The notes beneath the pieces were generated by a model. The model was given only the letters and a program-made list of their open reading frames with translations. It did not search any database and had not been told where the DNA came from. Below are positions 9,834 through 17,471 of a DNA stretch of 64,000 nt, piece by piece (the first letter of the stretch is position 1; every line of letters begins with the position of its first letter). The stretch comes from an uncultured Calditrichaceae bacterium (GTDB lineage: Bacteria > Calditrichota > Calditrichia > RBG-13-44-9 > J075). The stretch lies in assembly GCA_964522165.1 (NCBI GenBank), contig CAZFVV010000007.1, forward strand, positions 8,130-72,129. The letters are read 5' to 3'. The translations under genes and the position numbers were made by a program.

Positions 9834-11651
9834 ATGGCCACAAAGCTATTACCCCGGCGCTTTCCCGCCTACATCATCACCCAGAGCTTGGGCGCCTTCA
9901 ACGATAATTTTTTCAAGATGCTGCTGCAACTGTACGTGTTGCAGGTTCTGGTGGTAAAACACGCCGAGCAGGTGATGTCGGAAGAGACCTTCATTTTCCT
10001 GGCCACGCTCATCTTCACGGTTCCTTTCGTGATATTCGGCGCCTGGTCGGGCTACCTGGCGGATAAATACGCCAAATCGGAAGTGATGCGGGTGGTAAAA
10101 TTCGCGGAAATCGGCATTATGCTCCTGGGCGCGCTGGCGCTGTACCGGGAGAATGTAAATATGATGTTCGCAGTGCTGTTCCTGATGGCCTCGCAGAGCA
10201 CTTTTTTCAGCCCCGCCAAGTACGGATACATTCCCGAGGCCTCCCGGCCGCAGGCAGTGACCGCCGCCAACGGCTGGGTGGAGATGACTACCTTCCTTTC
10301 GATTATCCTGGGAACCGCGGTCACCGGGTTTTTATTGACCTACCACGACTTTAGCGCTGTAAAAGTGGCTTATTATTGCATTGGGGTGGCGGCTGCGGGG
10401 TCTCTGTCGGCGCTGTTTATCGCCAAAGTGCCGGCGGCGGGAACCGCTAAACGCTTCCCGTTGAACCCGCTGGCGGGGATCATCAACGACCTGGCGTTTC
10501 TGAAAAAACAGAAAGGGCTATTTCTGGCGGCGCTGGCGAACAGCTATTTCTGGCTGATCGGGTTGATTTTCCAGACCAACATTCTCATTTACGGAAAAAA
10601 TATGCTTGCCGGACATCCCAACGGAACCATTCTGCTCTCCCTGCTCCCCGCCTACATCGGGGTGGGAATTGCCCTGGGATCTCTGCTGGCCAGCCGCTGG
10701 TCCGGCAAAAAGGTGGAAATCGGGCTGGTGCCGTTAGGCGGGTTAGGAATGGCCTTCTCCGGGATCGCCCTCTATTTTACCACCCAGGCTTATGCGCTCG
10801 CCGCGGTGGTGCTGTTCATCGCCGGAATGTTCGGAGGGCTGTACATCGTTCCCCTGTACGCCTACCTGCAATTTTTCGCAAAGGAGGATGAAAAAGGCCG
10901 GGTGATGGCCACTACCGGCATCCTCAACGGGCTGTTCATGGTGCTGGGATCGTTTATCTACGGCCTGTTCGCGGTGAACCTGGCAGTGCCCGCCCATAGC
11001 ATTTATTTGATCATGGGGATCATCACCCTGTTGGTGCTCGCTTATTTGTGCATCGCCCGGGAAGAGTATTTTACCCGGTTTATCGCCTGGCTGTTAACCC
11101 GCACTGTTTACCGGCTGCGAATTCGCGGAATCGAAAATGTTCCCTTTCGCGGCCCGGTGCTGCTGGCCGCCAATCACATTTCTGCACTTGATCCCCTGCT
11201 GATCGCCTCAACCAGCCAGCGGTTCATCCATTTCCTCCTCGCCAGCGAGATTTCAACTTCCCCGCCGCTGCGCAAATTATTTGACCTGATGGATGTAATC
11301 CCCCTGGACTCCCGCGCCGGTAAAACATCCGCCGACCAGGGACTGGCCGATGCCCGCCGCCAATTGCAGAATGGCCATGCCGTGTGTATTTTTCCGGAAG
11401 GCGTTCCCGCGCGGCAGGGCAGCCCGGGCAAATTTCGCTTAGACGTAAATGCGCTTCTGGCAGGGCTGGATTGCCCGGTAATCCCGGTATTGATCTACAA
11501 TGAGCGGGAAGACCGGGGAGGGATCGCTAAGCGCCGGAAGAAAGGGAGATTTCTGAACTCTATCGGCATTGTTTTCGGAGCGCCGCTGGCGGCCGATTCA
11601 CCTGCAAGCGCTATTGAAAAGGCGATTCGGGAGCTGGCGGGGGGCAGGTAA
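9834..11651 (+). CDS. fusion of an LplT-like MFS lysophospholipid transporter and a PlsC-type acyltransferase
   Basis: About 12 TM helices in the N-terminal ~400 aa. The C-terminal domain carries the acyltransferase HX4D motif (ANHISALDP) and 'IFPEG'. Confidence 0.8.
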   Translation: MATKLLPRRFPAYIITQSLGAFNDNFFKMLLQLYVLQVLVVKHAEQVMSEETFIFLATLIFTVPFVIFGAWSGYLADKYAKSEVMRVVKFAEIGIMLLGALALYRENVNMMFAVLFLMASQSTFFSPAKYGYIPEASRPQAVTAANGWVEMTTFLSIILGTAVTGFLLTYHDFSAVKVAYYCIGVAAAGSLSALFIAKVPAAGTAKRFPLNPLAGIINDLAFLKKQKGLFLAALANSYFWLIGLIFQTNILIYGKNMLAGHPNGTILLSLLPAYIGVGIALGSLLASRWSGKKVEIGLVPLGGLGMAFSGIALYFTTQAYALAAVVLFIAGMFGGLYIVPLYAYLQFFAKEDEKGRVMATTGILNGLFMVLGSFIYGLFAVNLAVPAHSIYLIMGIITLLVLAYLCIAREEYFTRFIAWLLTRTVYRLRIRGIENVPFRGPVLLAANHISALDPLLIASTSQRFIHFLLASEISTSPPLRKLFDLMDVIPLDSRAGKTSADQGLADARRQLQNGHAVCIFPEGVPARQGSPGKFRLDVNALLAGLDCPVIPVLIYNEREDRGGIAKRRKKGRFLNSIGIVFGAPLAADSPASAIEKAIRELAGGR

Positions 11652-11653
11652 AA

Positions 11654-11745
11654 GGGGCAGGAGCAGGGACAGGGGCAGGAGGCAGGAGGCAGTAAACAAC
11701 TCGCAATCCGGGTTGCCTACTTGCCTACTGCTTACTGCCTACTGC
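11654..11745. repeat. palindromic low-complexity element between convergent genes
   Basis: 'ggggcaggagcagggacaggggcaggaggcaggaggcagtaa' faces 'ttgcctacttgcctactgcttactgcctactgc' as imperfect reverse complements. The right arm supplies the last codons of the TPR gene. Confidence 0.6.
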
Positions 11746-12058
11746 TTTCCTTGCGAATTCTTTTCAGGAAAACCTCCATCTCCTTCGCGGTTTGGAGGTC
11801 TCCCTGCCGGTTGGCGATCGCGATGCCGCTTTGGTAAACCTGCGCGGCTTCCCCGGTTTGCCGGTCTTTTTCCAGCGCCCTGCCCAGTTCCCGGTAGGCC
11901 GCGGAATACTCCGGGTTCAGCCGCACCGCCTCCCGCAGCGCCGCCGCGGCGTTCGCGTACTCCCCGACTTTCAGGTATTCCATGCCCAGGGTGTAGCGGA
12001 ACAGGGGGTTGCCGGGTTCGCTGTTCACCAAAGCTTCCAACTGCTTTATGCGCTCCAT
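11732..12058 (-). CDS. small TPR protein
   Basis: 108 aa with three TPR-like units (FRYTLGMEYLKVGEYANAAAALREAVRLNPEYSAAYRELGRAL). Confidence 0.7.
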   Translation of the reverse strand: MERIKQLEALVNSEPGNPLFRYTLGMEYLKVGEYANAAAALREAVRLNPEYSAAYRELGRALEKDRQTGEAAQVYQSGIAIANRQGDLQTAKEMEVFLKRIRKESSRQ

Positions 12059-12080
12059 TTTCCTGAATCCTTGCGGTATT

Positions 12081-12179
12081 GTGGGGTGGATGGGTTAATG
12101 AGGGGTTGCGAAAAGCACGGCAAGATGTTTAGAATACCCATGCACTCATTTACTCATCAACCCATCTACTCAGCCACCC
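12081..12179. repeat. palindromic element ('gatgggtt[ag]atgag' family)
   Basis: 12081-12105 (gtggggtggatgggttaatgagggg) is an imperfect reverse complement of 12145-12179 (ctcatttactcatcaacccatctactcagccaccc). Confidence 0.55.
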
Positions 12180-12615
12180 ACTGCACCCCGTCTCCCAGGG
12201 CAATTTCCCCATCATCCAGCACTTCACCGAAGATCCCGCCGCCCCCGTGATCTCCCAGCGCCGCCCGCAATCCCTGCCATGCTTGATCCATGCGCTCGCA
12301 GGGACGGGTTTCGCCCCAAACGTGGATGCGGCAGCTCCCGATCTGCAAAATCTTTCCCCGGGTGTTCTCCAGATCGATTCCGCTGACCATCAGGTTGGCG
12401 CGGCGGGCGGAGGGATCGATCTCAACCCCTAACCGTGCCATTACCGTTGCCCACCTTTCCTTAGAGATAATGGTTACCTGGCGTTTGCCGCCCTGGTTGG
12501 CATTGTTCAGCAGCCCCGCCCCGGCTCGCAGGATTGCCCGCTCGACCGGGTCCATCGGCCCTAAGCGGGCCCGTTTTATCCAGATCGCTTCCAACCTGCC
12601 GTTATCCTGTATCAT
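12166..12615 (-). CDS. MOSC domain protein
   Basis: 'RQVTIISKERW...SARRANLMVSGIDLENTRGKILQIGSCRIHVWGETRPCERMD' has the MOSC beta-barrel pattern with the conserved Cys. The start was chosen at MIQDNG (12615) so that it does not overlap the kinase gene. Confidence 0.8.
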   Translation of the reverse strand: MIQDNGRLEAIWIKRARLGPMDPVERAILRAGAGLLNNANQGGKRQVTIISKERWATVMARLGVEIDPSARRANLMVSGIDLENTRGKILQIGSCRIHVWGETRPCERMDQAWQGLRAALGDHGGGGIFGEVLDDGEIALGDGVQWVAE

Positions 12616-12634
12616 AATGGTTTTCCTTTCCCGA

Positions 12635-15600
12635 TTATACTTCCTTAATACGATTCTCTTCGACGGCATATTCAGACGGCAATACTCCGAATTGCTGGCG
12701 GAAACAGCGGCTAAAATAGGAGGGGTCGCTGAAACCGACCTGGTAAGCGATTTCAGCGACGGTGCCAGAACGCTTCTCTAATAATTGCGCCGCTCTCTTC
12801 AAGCGTATGGTACGGATAAAATCGACCGGGGATTGATCCGTCAACGCTTTCAGCTTGCGGTGAAGCTGCCCGCGGCTTAAACCGATTTCCCGCCCGAACT
12901 GCTCGACCGAAAAATTTTCGTCCGAAATATAACGGTCGGTAATGTCCATAGCGCGCTGCAAAAATTTTTCATCCGCAGAGGTAATGGCGATATCTTTCGG
13001 CTGTAATTTGATCTCTTTGCCAAAGCGCTCCCGTAATCTGCGGCGCTGCTCGATGAGGTTCTTCACCCGCACCCACAATTCTTTGGAATCGAAGGGTTTG
13101 ACTAAGTAATCGTCCGCTCCCAGGGTCAATCCTTCCAGCTTGCTTTCCCCGGAAGATTTGGCGGTGAGGAGTATCAGCGGGATGTGGCTGGTGCGCTGGT
13201 CGGTCTTGAGTTTTTCGCACAGTTGATAGCCGTCCATCTTCGGCATCATGACGTCGCTGATGATCAAATCGGGCAGGGTATCGGAAGCCATATCCAGCCC
13301 CGCCTGGCCATCTTCGGCTTCCAACACCTGGCAGTAATCGAGCAACTGGCCGCGGATATAGGCGCGCATGTCCGGGTTATCTTCTACAATAAGGAGGATG
13401 GGAGACTCGCCCCCGGTTCCCGGAAACTCTACACTCTCCCCTGCTCCTCCTTCGCTTGCCGGGGAGGAAGCGTTTCGAGTTTCCAACCCCGTTTCGAGAA
13501 CAATCGTCTCTGCTTTTCCCTTTGATAAGGGGGCAGTAAGGAGGGGAGGCTCTGTTTCAGCCAAAATTTCATCTTCCCGCAGATGCGCTTTCTCCAAGGG
13601 CAGCAGAATGGTAAATTCCGCGCCCCTTCCCGCCTCGCTATTCACGGAAATTTTGCCGTGGTGCAATTCCACCAATTCCCGGGTCAATGCCAGGCCGATG
13701 CCGCTGCCTTGCTGGTCCTTGGAATAGCCTTCCCCGCTGCTGTAGAAGCGGTCGAAGATATGCGGAAGATGCTGCGGAGAGATGCCGGGGCCGGTATCGC
13801 GCACGCGGATTTCTAACATCCCCCCTGCCCCCCCTTCAAAGGGGGGAGGCGGCGGGATACCCCCCTTTGAAGGGGGGGCAGGGGGGATGTCAACCGCCAC
13901 GATGATTTCTCCGCCTGCCGGGGTAAATTTAAAGGCATTGGAAAGCAGATTGATAAACACTTTTTCCAACTTGTCCGGGTCAAAATAAATCGGCGGCAGG
14001 TTTTCCGGGGATTGGAAGCGCAAATCAATCTTGCGCTGCCTGGTCAGGGATTCAAAGGAGAATACGATTCCTTTCAGAAATGCCAGCAAATCCCCTGGGC
14101 GCGCTTGGAGCTTTAATTTTCCGGCTTCCAGGCGGGAGAGGTCTAACAACTGGTTGATCAAGCGCAGCAGGCGCTGCCCGTTGCGCCGCATCATACTCAA
14201 ATCCCGGCGGGTTTCCCGGTCAGGAATTCGCTGATAAATAGTCTCGATCGGTCCCAAAATCAAGGTGAGGGGGGTACGAAATTCGTGGGAAATATTCGCA
14301 AAAAAGCGCGATTTCATCCGGTCGAGTTCTTTTAACTTCTCCGCTTCTGCCTTTTCCAGCTTCAGATGGTACTTCCATCGCTGCCGGTTTAATTCATAGC
14401 GGCGCAGGCCGTAGAGCAGGCCGAGAATCAGCAGACCGTAAATTGTATATGCCCAAGCGGTTCGCCACCAGGGCGGAGGGATGATCAACCTGACCGAAGC
14501 GCCGGTTTCGTTCCAGATGCCGTCGCTATTCGTGCCCTTTACCCGAAAAACGTACTCGCCCGGGGGCAAAAAAGAAAAATTCGCCTTGCGATCGCTGCCG
14601 CAATAGATCCAATCCGGGTTCAGGCCCTGCATCTTATAGGCGTATTGATTCCTGTGGATGTTGCTGTAATCCAGGGCATTGAATTCAAAAGAGACCGCAT
14701 TAGTCTGATGGGACAACTCGATGGTTGGATTTTCCGATACCGGCGTTGCCAAATGTATCCAGCCGGTCGAGGCATCCGTTTTCGAGGGATCGCTATATTG
14801 AAAATTGGTAATCACAACCGGGGGAAAATAGGGATCATCGCGAATGTCCTCCGGATAAAAGCTATTCAAACCTTTAACGCCGCCGAAAAACATTTCCCCA
14901 TCCGTGGCTTTATGATAAGCAAAGCGGTTGAACTCGTTGTTCTGCAGCCCGTCTTCGACGGTATAAATGCGAAACGTCCCGGTTTGGGGATTGAATTTTG
15001 CCAGCCCCCGGTTGGTGCTCATCCACAGGTTGCCGGCATCATCCGGCAGAATTCCGTAAATCGTATTACTGGGCAGCCCCTGCGCTTCGGTGTAAGATTT
15101 AAAGGATTCCGTTTCGCGGTCAAAACGGTTCAGGCCGAATCCGGCGGTGCCGATCCATAAATATCGCGACGGTTCCCGGGAATCCGGCGCAATGGTAAAA
15201 ATGTTATCCCCGCTCAAGCTCCGGGAATTGCCGGGAGCATTGCGATAGTGTTTGATAAACGCTTCCCGTTGCGGATCGAAGCAAAAAAGGCCGTTAAAGG
15301 TGCCGATCCATAGCCGGCCGTCCTCATCCTGGTAGAAACAGGGAGCGGTTTCCCGGGTTGCGACAACCACGTGGGCTTCTTCGCCGGCGCCGGGGTAAAA
15401 ATCATAGCGTTTGAATTGCCCGGTGGTTTGGTCTAAACAGAGGAGGGTTCGGGGATCGACCACGCACCATACATTGTCGGATTGATCAATGTAGATTTGC
15501 CTGATGCTCTCGAAATCACTGTTTTTTGTTATGAATCGTTTTTCGGTTCGGTTCCGGGGATCGATACAAATCAAATCGCCCTGCTCGCCGCCGATTAACC

Positions 15601-17071
15601 ATAAGTTGCCCCGGCGATCCTGGGCGACTACGTCCGCATCGTAGCCTTCCCCCGGCGTTGCCGTAGCCCGGGGTTGACCCATAAATTGAGTGGTGGATTT
15701 GCCGGTATCACGGTTTACCTGGAATAACAGAACGGAAGTGTACCAGAGCCGGTTCTCGTGCTGGCGGTCTTTCAGGATAGAATTGATGCTGTGATCCCTG
15801 GTGGAACCGCTCTTCCATTTCAAGGGGTCGCGACTTTGAAAATCCGGATAGGCAAAGCGAATGGTTTTGGGATCAAATTTATACAGGCCGTAACCGTTGC
15901 TGCCCATCCACAGAACTCCCCCGCGGTCGCGATAAATTGATTCGATATAACCTTGAATTCTGCCCGCTTCATGGGAGCCGGGTTTTACATAAAGATAGGT
16001 TTCCGAAGCGGTTTCGAATACATAATACCCGCCCGCGTAGCTGGAAAACCACAACAGATCGCCGGGTGTTTCGCTATCGCGGTTGCCCGCGGGGTAACGT
16101 AGTCGCGCCGGGGTAGGTAAGCCGTGCAAATTAAAATACTCGGTAATTTTGGACGGAAAATCATCGGGCAGGGGATAGAGGATAAATTGCCGCTTCGAGC
16201 GGTCGAAACGCGCCATTCCTTTGCCGGTCATTATCCACACCGCCCCCCGGGAATCCTCGAACAGCGGGCCGCCCTTGATTTGCAGTGCGGCTTGAGATGC
16301 TGCCCCGCTCCAGGCGGTATCCGGCGCTTCCAGGAATAAAGAAGTGCTGATATGGTTTGTAAAAGGGTCATTTACCGTAACCCACAGGCCTCCCCGGCGG
16401 TCAAACAACAGGTACTCAATATTCAATGCAGCTTTGGAATAACGGGTTACCCGGTAGGCCGGTGTCTCAGCCGGCGGATTTTTTTTATCGCGCCGGTCGG
16501 CTTGCGGGGCGAGCCTGTTCAGACCGCTGCGCTTGGTTCCGATCCACAACGCCCCGCTGGTATCCTCCGCCATCACGGTAATGGAATTGCTGCTCAGGCT
16601 GCGAGAATTGCCCGGTTCATTTTTAAAGCGTCGAAAAGTGTTTTCTTTGCGATTGAAGAGATTCAGCCCTTTTTCGCGGGTTCCCACCCACAGCCGGTTT
16701 TGGCTGTCCTCAAAAAGCGCAAACACATAATTGTCTGAAATGGAGGTCGAATCGGTAGGATCGTGGCGGTAAATAGTAAAGCGCTGGCCGTCGTATCTGT
16801 TCAGCCCGTCCTTGGTGCCGAACCACATATAGCCCAGGTGGTCCTGTAAAATCGCGGCTACCATGCCCTGGGACAGCCCCTCTTCCGCCCCGATGTGTTC
16901 GAAGTGTATCTCCTCGAAGGCCCGGGCCAGGGCCTTTTCTTTAGCTTCTCTTCCGGCCGCGGAGGGCTGCGATTTCACGATCAAGAGCGGAGTGGAATCT
17001 TGCTGCCCAAACGCCCACAACTCCAGCAGCGCGGTTAAAAAAATAGCAATCTTCCAGGATTTCAGCACCAT
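12635..17071 (-). CDS. hybrid two-component system protein (periplasmic propeller sensor, HisKA, HATPase_c, REC, AraC-type HTH)
   Basis: 1478 aa. It has repeated 'two-component regulator propeller'-like segments, a TM helix, the H-box FFANISHEFRTPL, DTGPGI and GSGIGL boxes, a receiver (LLIVEDNPDMR...DVMMPKMDG) and a C-terminal AraC HTH (GFSDPSYFSRCFRQQFG). Confidence 0.92.
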   Translation of the reverse strand: MVLKSWKIAIFLTALLELWAFGQQDSTPLLIVKSQPSAAGREAKEKALARAFEEIHFEHIGAEEGLSQGMVAAILQDHLGYMWFGTKDGLNRYDGQRFTIYRHDPTDSTSISDNYVFALFEDSQNRLWVGTREKGLNLFNRKENTFRRFKNEPGNSRSLSSNSITVMAEDTSGALWIGTKRSGLNRLAPQADRRDKKNPPAETPAYRVTRYSKAALNIEYLLFDRRGGLWVTVNDPFTNHISTSLFLEAPDTAWSGAASQAALQIKGGPLFEDSRGAVWIMTGKGMARFDRSKRQFILYPLPDDFPSKITEYFNLHGLPTPARLRYPAGNRDSETPGDLLWFSSYAGGYYVFETASETYLYVKPGSHEAGRIQGYIESIYRDRGGVLWMGSNGYGLYKFDPKTIRFAYPDFQSRDPLKWKSGSTRDHSINSILKDRQHENRLWYTSVLLFQVNRDTGKSTTQFMGQPRATATPGEGYDADVVAQDRRGNLWLIGGEQGDLICIDPRNRTEKRFITKNSDFESIRQIYIDQSDNVWCVVDPRTLLCLDQTTGQFKRYDFYPGAGEEAHVVVATRETAPCFYQDEDGRLWIGTFNGLFCFDPQREAFIKHYRNAPGNSRSLSGDNIFTIAPDSREPSRYLWIGTAGFGLNRFDRETESFKSYTEAQGLPSNTIYGILPDDAGNLWMSTNRGLAKFNPQTGTFRIYTVEDGLQNNEFNRFAYHKATDGEMFFGGVKGLNSFYPEDIRDDPYFPPVVITNFQYSDPSKTDASTGWIHLATPVSENPTIELSHQTNAVSFEFNALDYSNIHRNQYAYKMQGLNPDWIYCGSDRKANFSFLPPGEYVFRVKGTNSDGIWNETGASVRLIIPPPWWRTAWAYTIYGLLILGLLYGLRRYELNRQRWKYHLKLEKAEAEKLKELDRMKSRFFANISHEFRTPLTLILGPIETIYQRIPDRETRRDLSMMRRNGQRLLRLINQLLDLSRLEAGKLKLQARPGDLLAFLKGIVFSFESLTRQRKIDLRFQSPENLPPIYFDPDKLEKVFINLLSNAFKFTPAGGEIIVAVDIPPAPPSKGGIPPPPPFEGGAGGMLEIRVRDTGPGISPQHLPHIFDRFYSSGEGYSKDQQGSGIGLALTRELVELHHGKISVNSEAGRGAEFTILLPLEKAHLREDEILAETEPPLLTAPLSKGKAETIVLETGLETRNASSPASEGGAGESVEFPGTGGESPILLIVEDNPDMRAYIRGQLLDYCQVLEAEDGQAGLDMASDTLPDLIISDVMMPKMDGYQLCEKLKTDQRTSHIPLILLTAKSSGESKLEGLTLGADDYLVKPFDSKELWVRVKNLIEQRRRLRERFGKEIKLQPKDIAITSADEKFLQRAMDITDRYISDENFSVEQFGREIGLSRGQLHRKLKALTDQSPVDFIRTIRLKRAAQLLEKRSGTVAEIAYQVGFSDPSYFSRCFRQQFGVLPSEYAVEENRIKEV
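13817..13889. repeat. perfect 30-bp inverted repeat (13-nt spacer) lying inside the kinase CDS, in frame
   Basis: 13817-13846 catcccccctgcccccccttcaaagggggg is the exact reverse complement of 13860-13889 cccccctttgaagggggggcaggggggatg. On the coding strand it encodes ~IPPAPPSKGGIPPPPPFEGGAGGM. Confidence 0.9.
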
Positions 17072-17339
17072 ACTATATCAGTGAAAGCTTTTGGACTTTG
17101 GGGATAGATAAATACTTATTACCTGAATTCCCCGGGAACAATTGGCCAAGGATGAATTTCCATACGGATACTAATAGAACCAATTGCTTCTATAAATCTA
17201 TTTTAAAAATGTTTAAATCCCAAAAGACTTCCGACTTACCTGGTGGAGCTCCCCGCGCAGCATCGAAATCAATGTAAGCAACTCGAAGTAAATTTGCAAA
17301 TTTACGGTACAGGTGGGCAGTATATTTTGGCATGAAACA

Positions 17340-17375
17340 GCGCGGGGCATTCGAGCCCATTCGAATGCCCCGCGC
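17340..17375 (-). terminator. strong hairpin downstream of the 1518-aa gene (putative terminator)
   Basis: Perfect 15-bp stem (gcgcggggcattcga / tcgaatgccccgcgc) with a 6-nt loop. On the minus strand it is followed only by a weak U-rich run (UGUUUCAUG). Confidence 0.5.
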
Positions 17376-17401
17376 CCTAAATCCATTTTTTAACTCTTCC
17401 T

Positions 17402-17450
17402 TCTTCTTTCTTCTTTCTTCTTTCTTCTTTCTTCTTTCTTCTTTCTTCTC
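17402..17450. repeat. heptanucleotide tandem repeat (TTCTTCT)x7, i.e. (AGAAGAA)x7 on the minus strand
   Basis: Seven perfect consecutive copies counted base by base. The tract is entirely polypyrimidine/polypurine and lies 22 nt 3' of the stop of the 1518-aa gene. Confidence 0.95.
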
Positions 17451-17471
17451 TCCTTACTGCCCGAGATTCTG

